Shown here: positions 13,343-21,425 of the stretch, in pieces
Numbering within the stretch: position 1 is the first letter of the stretch
Layout: each line of letters starts with the position of its first letter
Assembly: GCF_000284115.1 (NCBI RefSeq)
Contig: NC_017080.1
Location: 2,490,001 to 2,522,000 of the forward strand
DNA: 32,000 nt
Direction: 5' to 3'
DNA from: Phycisphaera mikurensis NBRC 102666
Lineage (GTDB): Bacteria; Planctomycetota; Phycisphaerae; Phycisphaerales; Phycisphaeraceae
Translations under genes and position numbers: made by a program
Notes under the pieces: generated by a model
What the model saw: only the letters and a program-made list of their open reading frames with translations
Databases searched by the model: none
Told to the model about the DNA's origin: nothing

Positions 13343-13702
13343 ATGCAGCCTGAAGACGCCCGCAGGCTGCGAGAGATCGTCGATGCCGGGCGTCGCGTTC
13401 AGGCATACGTGGGCGAGGAGGGCGCCGCCGTTGCGCTGAAGAGCAATCAATGCCGCTCGCCCATCCTCTACCAGCTGGTTGTCCATGGCGAAGCCGCGGC
13501 TCACGTCAGCGAGGACACGCGTGCAGCATTGGCGGCGGTGCCCTGGCGTGCCATGAAAGACTTTCAAAACCTGTTGGTCCACCGGTATTGGTCGATTCAC
13601 GATCCGACGCTCACCCACATCGTGGAGGTGGAGATGCCGCCGGTGCTGCGGGCGATCGAGGATCACTTGACGACGCTCGGCGACGAGTCGACGTCGGGAT
13701 GA
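13343..13702 (+). CDS. HepT/DUF86-family HEPN-domain protein (toxin-like), with the Rx4H Arg replaced by Gln
   Basis: DUF86 pattern: LREIVDAGRRVQAYV, LVVHGEAAAHV, VPWRAMKDFQNLLVHRYWSI (compare the consensus PW..i.g.RN.l.H.Y). Codon 75 is CAA (nt 13565-13567) where the consensus has Arg. Confidence 0.75.
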   Translation: MQPEDARRLREIVDAGRRVQAYVGEEGAAVALKSNQCRSPILYQLVVHGEAAAHVSEDTRAALAAVPWRAMKDFQNLLVHRYWSIHDPTLTHIVEVEMPPVLRAIEDHLTTLGDESTSG

Positions 13703-13723
13703 AGGACAGCGCCGGCTGCGGAG

Positions 13724-15040
13724 TCAATGAAGAAGCAGGCCGCGCACCCTCTCCAACGCCAGCCGCGGCCCGTCGCCCGCCCCCAACAGCACCGGCCCCT
13801 GCTCCCCGGCCACCGCCCGGCCGTGGCAGCCTTTCACGAGCGTGGCGTCGAGCGGGATGACGTCCAGCGGCTGGGCGAAGCCCAGCTTCCTCTTGAGGAT
13901 CTTCCACGCGAGCGTGGGCTTGCTCAGGCCGAGGAACAGCTCGCGCGGGTCGTAGCCGGGCTTGGCGTGGATGGCGACGGTGCGGGCGTAGTCAGGGGCG
14001 AGGTCGTCGCGTCCTTCCGGCCAGAAGTCGTAGCTGAACCAGCAGCCTTCGTCGGCCTCGAGCACGGTGTCGCCGGCGTGCTCGGCGTCGATCGGGTGCG
14101 GGCTCGTCCGGGGGAACGCGGGCAGCTCCAAGCCCGGCTGGTGATAGACGTGGGCGACCTGATGGTCACAAACCGCGAAGGCCCGGCTGTTGTGCAGGTC
14201 GATCACCTCGCGGCCGCCCTCCTCGCGGACCGCGAGCAGGCCCGCGTCGCGGAGGATCCGGTTGGGGTAAAGCGGGGTGTCGACGGCCCGCACGCCGTAG
14301 CCGCTGACGACGAGGACACGGCGTCCACGTTCTTCGAGGTGGTCGAGCAGATCGCCGGCCACCGCGTCGACGGCCGCGACCTCGGCGGGCACCGACGTCC
14401 CGCCCGGCCCCTCCCGCTGCAGCACGTAGTCCAGGTGCGGCAGGTACGCCAGCGTGAGCGTCGGGTCGTGCCGGTCGACCACCCGCTTCGTCGCCTCGGC
14501 GATCCACCGCGTCGAGGTGATGTCCGAGCCGGGACCCCAGAAGCGGAACAGCGGGAAGCGGCCGAGCTCCCGCTGCAGCTCGTCCCGCAGGCCCGGCGGC
14601 TTCGTCCACACGTCGGGCACCTTGCGCCCGTCGGCCCGGTACTGCGGCCGCGGCGTCACCGCCACGCCCGCCGTCGTCGCCATGTTGAACCACCAGAAGA
14701 GGTTCGCGCACGACACCGCGCCCCGCGGACCGTGCCCGGTTTTTTCCTCCCAGGCCGACGGTCCGCGGACCAGCCGGTTGCTCTGCTTCCAGAAGTGGAT
14801 CTCGGCGAGCCGGCGGTCGAACCAGCCGTTGCCGACGACGCCGTGGCCCTCCGGCCCGCCCACCGGCCGGCCGGTGAGCATCGTCGACTGCACGCTGCAG
14901 GTGACGGCCGGGAACACCGGCTGCAGCTCGCGCTGCCCGGCCCGCTCGGCGAACGCCCGCAGCCGCGGCGCGTGCCGCAGGAGCGAGCCCGAGAGGCCGA
15001 CCACCTCCAGCAGCGCGACGGGTTGCGGCGGGTCCGGCAC
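13724..15040 (-). CDS. Alkaline-phosphatase superfamily protein (type I phosphodiesterase/nucleotide pyrophosphatase-like)
   Basis: GTG start at 15040-15038. Motifs: FPAVTCSVQSTMLTG (nucleophile-Thr region), YLPHLDY and VKGCHGR, which resemble the PF01663-type family. Confidence 0.75.
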   Translation of the reverse strand: MPDPPQPVALLEVVGLSGSLLRHAPRLRAFAERAGQRELQPVFPAVTCSVQSTMLTGRPVGGPEGHGVVGNGWFDRRLAEIHFWKQSNRLVRGPSAWEEKTGHGPRGAVSCANLFWWFNMATTAGVAVTPRPQYRADGRKVPDVWTKPPGLRDELQRELGRFPLFRFWGPGSDITSTRWIAEATKRVVDRHDPTLTLAYLPHLDYVLQREGPGGTSVPAEVAAVDAVAGDLLDHLEERGRRVLVVSGYGVRAVDTPLYPNRILRDAGLLAVREEGGREVIDLHNSRAFAVCDHQVAHVYHQPGLELPAFPRTSPHPIDAEHAGDTVLEADEGCWFSYDFWPEGRDDLAPDYARTVAIHAKPGYDPRELFLGLSKPTLAWKILKRKLGFAQPLDVIPLDATLVKGCHGRAVAGEQGPVLLGAGDGPRLALERVRGLLLH

Positions 15041-15090
15041 GGCGGAGGTGTAGCAGGGGCGGCGCCGCGTCGTTTACGCTGCACCCGCCC

Positions 15091-15885
15091 ATGGCCGCCG
15101 CCCCCCGCTCCATCACCGACGCCCCCGAGCCCCCGGCCGCTCGGGTCGACGCCGCGCCGCAGGCCGACATCGACCTCGACCGCGCCGACGCGCACCTGCG
15201 GAAGGTCTCGGCGCACGACATCGTCGCCTGGGCCGCCGACGCCTTCCCCGCCGGCTCGCTCGCCCTGACCACGAGCTTCGGCGTCCAGGCGGCGGTGATG
15301 CTGCACCTGGTCAACGATGTGATCCCCGGCATCCCGGTCGTCTTCATCGACACCGGGTTCCACTTCAACGAGACCTACCGCTTCGCCGACGAGCTCACGA
15401 CGCGGCTCAAGCTGGATCTTCGCGTCTACCAGCCCGCCCTCTCGCCGGCGTGGTTCCACGCCCGACACCCCGGGCTGCACGAGCGCGACCCCGACGCCTA
15501 CGACCGCGCCCGCAAGGTCGAGCCGATGGACCGGGCGCTCGCCGAAATCGACCCCGCCGCCACCTTCGCCGGCCTGCGTCGGGACCAGACGCAGAACCGG
15601 CAGGCCATGCAGCACGTGATCTTCCAGAACGGCCGCCACAAGGTGCTGCCGATCCTGCGGTGGAGCACCAAGGACGTCTTCCAGTACTTGAAGGCGCACG
15701 ACCTGCCCTTCCACCCGCTGCACGACGAGGGCTACGCCAGCGTGGGCGACTGGCACTCCACCCGACCGATCGGCGACGGCGAGGACGAGCGGGCCGGGAG
15801 GTTCCACGGGCTCAAGCAGGAGTGCGGGCTGCACCTGCCGTCCTCGGAGGGGGAGGCGGCGTCGCGGGCGAGTTCGTCGCTGTAG
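15091..15885 (+). CDS. cysH: Phosphoadenosine phosphosulfate (PAPS) reductase, thioredoxin-dependent type
   Basis: Motifs: TSFGVQAAVMLHL, VVFIDTGFHFNETY, CRKVEP-like RKVEPMDRAL, LRRDQT, GYASVGDWHSTRP and a C-terminal ECGLH. There are no CC...CxxC Fe-S cysteines. Confidence 0.9.
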   Translation: MAAAPRSITDAPEPPAARVDAAPQADIDLDRADAHLRKVSAHDIVAWAADAFPAGSLALTTSFGVQAAVMLHLVNDVIPGIPVVFIDTGFHFNETYRFADELTTRLKLDLRVYQPALSPAWFHARHPGLHERDPDAYDRARKVEPMDRALAEIDPAATFAGLRRDQTQNRQAMQHVIFQNGRHKVLPILRWSTKDVFQYLKAHDLPFHPLHDEGYASVGDWHSTRPIGDGEDERAGRFHGLKQECGLHLPSSEGEAASRASSSL

Positions 15886-15890
15886 AAGGG

Positions 15891-16035
15891 GACGCAGCGG
15901 CTGCGCCGCTCAAGCGGGGAAGCGAAGAAGCGGGGAAGCGAAGAAGTCAGGCACGCGTGCCATCGCTCCGCTCGGCGACTCCCGCTCCCGGTCGGCGCAG
16001 CCGACGCGTTGCCTGACTTCCCCGCTTCTTCGCTC
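15891..16035 (+). repeat. Palindromic intergenic element, copy A (GAAG-rich arm / conserved centre / CTTC-rich arm)
   Basis: Starts 5 nt after the cysH stop. A short hairpin gacgca-gcggc-tgcgcc comes first. The purine arm 15913-15952 pairs with the pyrimidine arm 16010-16034. The centre carries ccggtcggcgcagccgacg (15988-16006). About 85-90% identical to copy C by eye. Confidence 0.85.
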
Positions 16036-16116
16036 ACCCAGAGAAGCCCACCCCGCGACACCGAACTCCGCGGACCATGCAGCCCCGAGGCACAACCCCG
16101 CCCCGCCGCGTTTCTT

Positions 16117-16199
16117 CTCCGCTCCCGGTCGGCGCAGCCGACGTGTTGCCTGACTTCTTCGCTTCTTCGCTTCTTCGCTCCGGTCGGCGCAGCCGACGC
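16117..16199 (+). repeat. Partial copy B of the same element (centre-right half, (cttcttcg)x3, extra 19-mer)
   Basis: ccgctcccggtcggcgcagccgacgtgttgcctgacttcttcgcttcttcgcttcttcgct is followed by a second ccggtcggcgcagccgacg. The 19-mers start at 16125 and 16180. Confidence 0.8.
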
Positions 16200-16204
16200 C
16201 TCCC

Positions 16205-16909
16205 ATGCCCCTGCTCTCCATCCTCATCCCGGTCTTCAACGAAGCCGCCACGGTGAAGGAGCTGCTCGCCCGGCTCCGCGCGGTGGAGCTGGCGGTGCCG
16301 AGGGAGGTCCTGCTGATCGACGACGGCTCCACCGACGGCACCGCGGCGATCCTCGCGGAGGCGGCGGCGGCGGATCCGGAGCTGCGTGTGATCACCCAGC
16401 CCGCCAACCGCGGCAAGGGCGCTGCCGTGGCCGCCGGCATCGCGGCGTCCCGCGGCGACTGGCTGCTGATCCAGGACGCCGACCTGGAGTACGCGCCCTC
16501 GGACATCCCGCGCCTGCTCGAGCCCGTGCTCGCGGGCGACGCCGACGCGGTGTACGGCTCCCGCTTCGTCGGCGGGCAGCGGCGCCGCGTGAACCGCTTC
16601 TGGCACACCCAGGCCAACCGCTGCCTGACCACGCTGTGCAACGCCGTCACCGACCTCGCCCTCACCGACATGGAGTGCTGCTACAAGCTGCTCCCCGGCG
16701 AGCTCGCCCGCTCGTGGACGCTGCAGGAAGCCGGCTTCGGCATCGAGCCGGAGATCACCTGCCGCCTCGCCCGCGAACCCCGCCTGGCGATCTTCGAGGT
16801 CGGCATCCGCTACCTCGGCCGCGGCCGCGAGGAGGGCAAGAAGATCGGCTGGAGGGATGGGGTGCGGGCGGTGTGGTGTGTGGCGAAGTACGGGATCCTT
16901 CGGCGGTGA
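16205..16909 (+). CDS. Family 2 glycosyltransferase (polyprenol-phosphate sugar synthase-like)
   Basis: LSILIPVFNEA...LLIDDGSTDGT...ANRGKGAAV...IQDADLEY is the classic GT2 (DxD) pattern. 234 aa. Confidence 0.85.
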   Translation: MPLLSILIPVFNEAATVKELLARLRAVELAVPREVLLIDDGSTDGTAAILAEAAAADPELRVITQPANRGKGAAVAAGIAASRGDWLLIQDADLEYAPSDIPRLLEPVLAGDADAVYGSRFVGGQRRRVNRFWHTQANRCLTTLCNAVTDLALTDMECCYKLLPGELARSWTLQEAGFGIEPEITCRLAREPRLAIFEVGIRYLGRGREEGKKIGWRDGVRAVWCVAKYGILRR

Positions 16910-16910
16910 A

Positions 16911-17062
16911 GACGCAGCGGTTGCGTCGGTCGAGCGAGGAAGCGAAGAAGCGAGGAAGTCAGGCAGGCGCGCCATCGCTTCGCTCGGCGACTCCCGCTCC
17001 CGGTCGGCGCAGCCGACGCGTTGTCTGACTTCCTCGCTTCTTCGCTTCTCCGCTTCTTCGCT
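16911..17062 (+). repeat. Palindromic intergenic element, copy C
   Basis: Starts 1 nt after the GT2 stop. Hairpin gacgca-gcggt-tgcgtc. The purine arm 16934-16966 pairs with the pyrimidine arm 17021-17062. The centre is identical to copy A apart from a few substitutions and includes the 19-mer at 17000-17018. Confidence 0.85.
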
Positions 17063-17112
17063 TGCACCCCACCCTGCTCCCCCGCCCTCCTCCCCCCGTA
17101 CGCTCCCCCTCC

Positions 17113-18783
17113 ATGCCCGACGAAACCAAAATCATCTACTCCATGCGGAACCTGAACAAGGTTTACGACCGCAAGGTCATCCTCAAGGACGTCAACGTCT
17201 CGTACTTCTACGGGGCCAAGATCGGGGTGCTGGGGCTCAATGGCGCGGGCAAGTCGACGCTGCTGAAGATCATCGCCGGGACGGACAAGAAGTTCGAGGG
17301 TGAGGTGCAGATGCAGCCCGGCTACACCGTCGGCTACCTCCAGCAGGAGCCGCCGCTGCCGGACGACGCGACCGTGGAGGAGGTCGTGAACTCCGCCGTC
17401 CAGCCCATCCACGACCTGATGGCCGAGTACGACGCGCTGGGCGTGAGGATGGGCGAAGACCTCTCCGAGAAGGAGATGGAGAAGACCCTGGAGCAGTTCG
17501 GCAAGCTGCAGGACCAGCTGGAGCTCAAGGGGGCCTGGGAGCTGGACGCCAAGCTGGACATGGCGATGGGCGCGCTGGACTGCCCGCCGCGCGACGCGAA
17601 GATCGGCCCGCTCTCCGGCGGCGAGAAGCGGCGGGTGGCGCTGTGCCAGCTGCTCCTGCAGCAGCCCGACGTCCTCCTCCTCGACGAACCCACCAACCAC
17701 CTCGACGCCAGCAGCGTCGCGTGGCTGGAGCGTCACCTCCAAGAGTACCCCGGCACCGTCATCGCGGTCACCCACGACCGGTACTTCCTCGACAACGTCG
17801 CCACCTGGATGCTGGAGATCGAGCACACGCGGTGCATCCCCTGGAAAGGCAACTACTCCAGCTGGCTCGAGCAGAAGGGCAAGCGGCTGGCCGTCGCCGA
17901 GAAGCAGGACAAGCGGCTGCAGGCGCAGCTGAAGAAGGAGCAGGCCTGGATCGGCACCTCCCCCGCCGGGCGGCAGGCCAAGAACAAGGCCCGGATCCAG
18001 CGCTTCGAGGAGCTCTACGAGAAGGCGAAGAAGCCCAAGGCCTCCGAGGTGCGGCTCTACCTCGCTCCGGGCCCGCGGCTGGGGAGCAAGGTCATCGAGG
18101 CCCGGCACGTGAGCAAGCGCTACGGCGACAAGGTGCTGCTCGACGACGTGAGCTTCAGCCTGCCGCCGGGCGGCATCGTCGGCGTCATCGGCCCCAACGG
18201 AGCCGGCAAGACCACGCTCATGAAGATGATCATGGGCACCGAGACGCCCGACAGCGGGACGCTGGAGATCGGCGAGACGGTCGAGCTGGCCTTCGTCGAG
18301 CAGATGCGCGAGGGCCTCAAGGACGACGTGAACGTTTGGGAATCGATCACCGACGGGGCCGAGACGCTGAAGATCGGCGACCTGGAGATGAACTCGCGGG
18401 CCTACGTCGCCCGCTTCAACTTCTCCGGCCCCGACCAGCAGCAGATGGTCCACAGCCTCTCCGGCGGCCAGCGGAACCGGGTGAACCTCGCCCGCATGCT
18501 CACCCGCGAGTTCAACGTCCTCTTGCTCGACGAGCCCACCAACGACCTGGACGTCGACACGATCCGGGCCTTGGAGGAGGCTCTGGACGACTTCCCGGGC
18601 TGCTGCGTGTGCGTGAGCCACGACCGGTGGTTCCTCGACCGCGTCGCCACCCACATCCTCGCCTTCGAGGGCGAGGGCAAGGTCCGCTTCTTCCAGGGGA
18701 ACTACCAGCAGTACGCCGCCCACCCGGACACCCCGAACATCGGGGCGGACCCGAACCAGCGGCACAAGAAGCTGGTGCGCTGA
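17113..18783 (+). CDS. ettA: Energy-dependent translational throttle protein EttA (ABC-F ATPase)
   Basis: Collinear with the EttA pattern along its full length: IIYSMRNLNKVY, GVLGLNGAGKSTLL, LSGGEKRRVALCQLLL, LLLDEPTNHLD, ITHDRYFLDN, GPNGAGKTTL, LSGGQRNRVNLA, VSHDRWFLDR. ATG at 17113, 556 aa. Confidence 0.93.
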   Translation: MPDETKIIYSMRNLNKVYDRKVILKDVNVSYFYGAKIGVLGLNGAGKSTLLKIIAGTDKKFEGEVQMQPGYTVGYLQQEPPLPDDATVEEVVNSAVQPIHDLMAEYDALGVRMGEDLSEKEMEKTLEQFGKLQDQLELKGAWELDAKLDMAMGALDCPPRDAKIGPLSGGEKRRVALCQLLLQQPDVLLLDEPTNHLDASSVAWLERHLQEYPGTVIAVTHDRYFLDNVATWMLEIEHTRCIPWKGNYSSWLEQKGKRLAVAEKQDKRLQAQLKKEQAWIGTSPAGRQAKNKARIQRFEELYEKAKKPKASEVRLYLAPGPRLGSKVIEARHVSKRYGDKVLLDDVSFSLPPGGIVGVIGPNGAGKTTLMKMIMGTETPDSGTLEIGETVELAFVEQMREGLKDDVNVWESITDGAETLKIGDLEMNSRAYVARFNFSGPDQQQMVHSLSGGQRNRVNLARMLTREFNVLLLDEPTNDLDVDTIRALEEALDDFPGCCVCVSHDRWFLDRVATHILAFEGEGKVRFFQGNYQQYAAHPDTPNIGADPNQRHKKLVR

Positions 18784-18937
18784 GCGGCCGGCGAGAGGTC
18801 GTGCCCGAGGCGAGTCCTCGCGGGCCCGTGCGCAGGCCTCCGGCCTTCCGCCCCGGGTGCCGGGCCGCCGTGCGGCACGGAGCCGCCGGGATCCGCCGCC
18901 GGGCCGCCCCGCCTCGTGCCGGCACGCTCGCGCAGGT

Positions 18938-19969
18938 TCAGAGCGTCGCGCCGAGCAGGCGGCCGCCGTCGCGCCTTACGGCGGCTTCGTCGCCGGCGAG
19001 GACCAGCGTGGTGCTGCTGTGGCAGCGGTTCTCGACGCCGCCGACCTCGACGGCGGGATCGTGGTGCTCCATCTCTCCGAAGGGGCCGTAGGTGAGGTCG
19101 TCGTTGTACGCCTGCAGGCAGTCGCCGCCGCCGCGCACGCCGGCGTCGGCGCTCCGCGGGACGTCGCAGTAGCGCTCGCCGGGCAGCGTCGGGAAGAAGC
19201 GGAGCAGCAGCACGGCCCGGCCGTCGCCCAGCGGGCGGAGGTAGCCCATCCGGCCGGTGGTGTCTTCGGCCCGGAGGCCCATCTTGATCCGACGCCTCGC
19301 GTCGATCACGAAGCGGACGGCGTCGGCGTCGGCCTTCACGTGGTCGTCGCCGAAGGGGTCGTAGTAGCGGGTGACGTCGTCGGCGACGCTCAGCGGGCGG
19401 ACCGTGGGGCAGACGAGCGTGCCGCCGGGCGGGACCTGGGCGATGCTCCACGAGCTGGCGACGACGCCCTCCTCGCCGCCGAGCGCGGTGAGCCGGTGGT
19501 CGACGGCGTAGGCGACGGCGGACACCCCCGCGGACAGCGACGGCGGCGGATCGATCAGGCGGACGGTCCGCTCGGCCTCCAGGCGGATCTTGCGGCCGTC
19601 GCGGGCGTCGGTCAGGCCCATCGTCGCGTGAAGCGTGACGCTGCCGGCGTCGGCCTCCCCCACGCCCCACCTGCCCGGGTCGAGCTGCGGGGGCGTGGCC
19701 GCGTGCTTCACCGGGTCCTCGCGGGCGGCCTGGAGCGAGGGCCAGAACCAGGCGACCTCCGGCCCGAGCCAGAAGCGGTCGCCGCCGCAGAGCTCGCCGG
19801 CGTCGTCGTCGGCCAGGTAGAGAGCGTCGGCCGACCCGTCGCCGGCGTCGGCCGCCATCACCCGGGCGCCACGCTCGCACACCGCGAGCCTCGCCGCCCC
19901 ACGCCGCAGCGTCCGCCCCCCCTGCTTCTCGTCGCGCAGCCGCGCCGCCACCTCATCGAAGTCGTGCAT
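18938..19969 (-). CDS. Conserved-looking hypothetical protein (no family recognised)
   Basis: Long ORF with balanced composition (W/Y/F/D-rich segments such as FWLGPEVAWFWPS and YYDPFGDDHV). ATG at 19969-19967, divergent from gcvT. The listed upstream extension is Arg-rich and was discarded. Confidence 0.55.
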   Translation of the reverse strand: MHDFDEVAARLRDEKQGGRTLRRGAARLAVCERGARVMAADAGDGSADALYLADDDAGELCGGDRFWLGPEVAWFWPSLQAAREDPVKHAATPPQLDPGRWGVGEADAGSVTLHATMGLTDARDGRKIRLEAERTVRLIDPPPSLSAGVSAVAYAVDHRLTALGGEEGVVASSWSIAQVPPGGTLVCPTVRPLSVADDVTRYYDPFGDDHVKADADAVRFVIDARRRIKMGLRAEDTTGRMGYLRPLGDGRAVLLLRFFPTLPGERYCDVPRSADAGVRGGGDCLQAYNDDLTYGPFGEMEHHDPAVEVGGVENRCHSSTTLVLAGDEAAVRRDGGRLLGATL

Positions 19970-20100
19970 CGTCGCACAGTAAAGCCGACGCCTCCGCCGC
20001 CCGGCTCGGCCCACCCCGCGGTGGGTCCCGGCGTTTTGCCGCCTCCGGTACCGTCCCGCTCCGTCGAGTCCGCTCCGCGTCACCCCAAACCCAAAGCCTC

Positions 20101-21225
20101 ATGCTCTCCACACCCTTCGAGAAGTTCCACGAGCAGCACGGCGCCAAGATGGTCGACTTCGCCGGCTGGCGGATGCCCCTGCACTACGGCTCGATCACGG
20201 CGGAGCACAAGCAGTGCCGGCAGAGCGGGGCCCTCTTCGACGTCTCCCACATGGGGCGGATCGAGATCAAGGGGCGGCACGCCCGCAAGTTCTGCGAGCG
20301 GGTGCTGACGCGCAAGGTCAGCGACATGCCCGTGAAGACCGCCCGCTACGCCCTGATCTGCAACGAAGCCGGCGGCGTGATGGACGACGTGCTGGTCTAC
20401 CGCTTCGAGGACCACTTCCTGCTGGTGGTCAACGCGAGCAACCGGCAGAAGGTGCTCGACCACCTGCACCGCACCGCCGAAGCCGAGTCGATGGTCGTCC
20501 GCATCGGCGACGTGACGAAGAGCACGGCGATGATCGCCGTGCAGGGGCCCCGGGTGATGGAGAAGATCGGCGGCTTCTCCAAGGAGATCCCCACGCTGAA
20601 GCGTTACGCCTTCACCACCAAGAACCTGATGATCCTCAAGATGCACGTCTCGCGGACCGGGTACACCGGGGAGGACGGCGTGGAGATCATGATGGGTGCG
20701 AACATGGCCGGGATGGCGATCAAGCTGCTGCTCAAGGACGCCGGCGAGGCGGATGCGCTCGTGAAGCCGGCCGGCCTCGGCGCCCGCGACACCCTCCGCC
20801 TGGAGGCCGGCATGCCGCTCTATGGGCACGAGCTCAGCGAGGAGACCGACCCGCTCTCGGCCGGGCTCGGCTTCGGCGTCTCGCTCGACAAGGATCAACC
20901 GGTGGACGGCCAGCCGCCCGTGCCGCGCTTCATCGGGCAGGACAGCCTGGAGCAGATCCACCAAGACGGGCCCGCCAAGAGGCTCGTCGGGCTGCTCGTC
21001 GAGGGCCCGCGGACGCCGCGGCAGGACGCCGCGGTGCTGCGGGACGCGGCGCCCGTCGGGCTCGTGACGTCGGGCTGCCACAGCCCGACGCTCGACCGGC
21101 CGATCGCCATGGCGTACGTGGACGCGTCCGCGGCCGGGGAGGGGACGCGGCTGGCGGTGCGGATCGGCGCCGAAGGCGAGGCGCCCGCAACGGTCACGGC
21201 GCTGCCGTTCGTGCGCCGCGGCTGA
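20101..21225 (+). CDS. gcvT: Glycine cleavage system aminomethyltransferase (T protein)
   Basis: TPFEKFHEQHGAKMVDFAGWRMPLHYGSITAEHKQCRQSGALFDVSHMGRIEIKG...YTGEDGVEI...GLGARDTLRLEAGMPLYGHEL is the canonical GcvT pattern. Confidence 0.93.
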   Translation: MLSTPFEKFHEQHGAKMVDFAGWRMPLHYGSITAEHKQCRQSGALFDVSHMGRIEIKGRHARKFCERVLTRKVSDMPVKTARYALICNEAGGVMDDVLVYRFEDHFLLVVNASNRQKVLDHLHRTAEAESMVVRIGDVTKSTAMIAVQGPRVMEKIGGFSKEIPTLKRYAFTTKNLMILKMHVSRTGYTGEDGVEIMMGANMAGMAIKLLLKDAGEADALVKPAGLGARDTLRLEAGMPLYGHELSEETDPLSAGLGFGVSLDKDQPVDGQPPVPRFIGQDSLEQIHQDGPAKRLVGLLVEGPRTPRQDAAVLRDAAPVGLVTSGCHSPTLDRPIAMAYVDASAAGEGTRLAVRIGAEGEAPATVTALPFVRRG

Positions 21226-21274
21226 GCCGACGACGCGGGCCGCGCGGAGGACGCTCCGGTTTGCAGCCTTTAGA

Positions 21275-21424
21275 GCATCGTGCGCAGTTTTCCGATCGGC
21301 CTGCGTCCGCGCGTCGTGTTCCTCGTGAGGAGGCGAAGCAGCCCTGCCCCTGCAGGGCGATGCAGCCGACGAAGCGAGGGGCACGACTCGCCCGCAGAGG
21401 CGATCGGAAAATTGCGCGCGGTGC
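21275..21424. repeat. Long imperfect palindrome (about 150 nt) between convergent genes; candidate bidirectional terminator
   Basis: 21275-21298 pairs with 21401-21424 (24 bp including 3 G-T pairs; core gcgcagttttccgatcg / cgatcggaaaattgcgc). There is further inner pairing, and the tip is ccctgc-ccct-gcaggg (21343-21358). The right arm ends 2 nt from the stop of the minus-strand gene. Confidence 0.8.
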
Positions 21425-21425
21425 G

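Noticed and set aside
15450-17028. ORFs 15450-16016 (+), 16009-17028 (+), 15910-16671 (-) and 16034-16975 (-), giving recurring peptides such as SEEAKKRRSQA...SATPAPGRRSRR.
   Set aside because: The recurring peptide is simply the translation of the GAAG/CTTC palindromic repeat. These ORFs run through intergenic repeats and antisense to cysH and GT2.
15886-17112. Possible CRISPR array, because of repeated GC-rich palindromic units.
   Set aside because: There is no regular repeat-spacer periodicity. The copies are about 145-nt composite palindromes separated by a gene, and no cas genes are visible in the window.
19970-20100. Glycine riboswitch upstream of gcvT.
   Set aside because: The 131-nt leader lacks the conserved GGAGAG...CACCG.AGGGGC.A type cores on the gcvT strand. 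I saw nothing resembling either aptamer.
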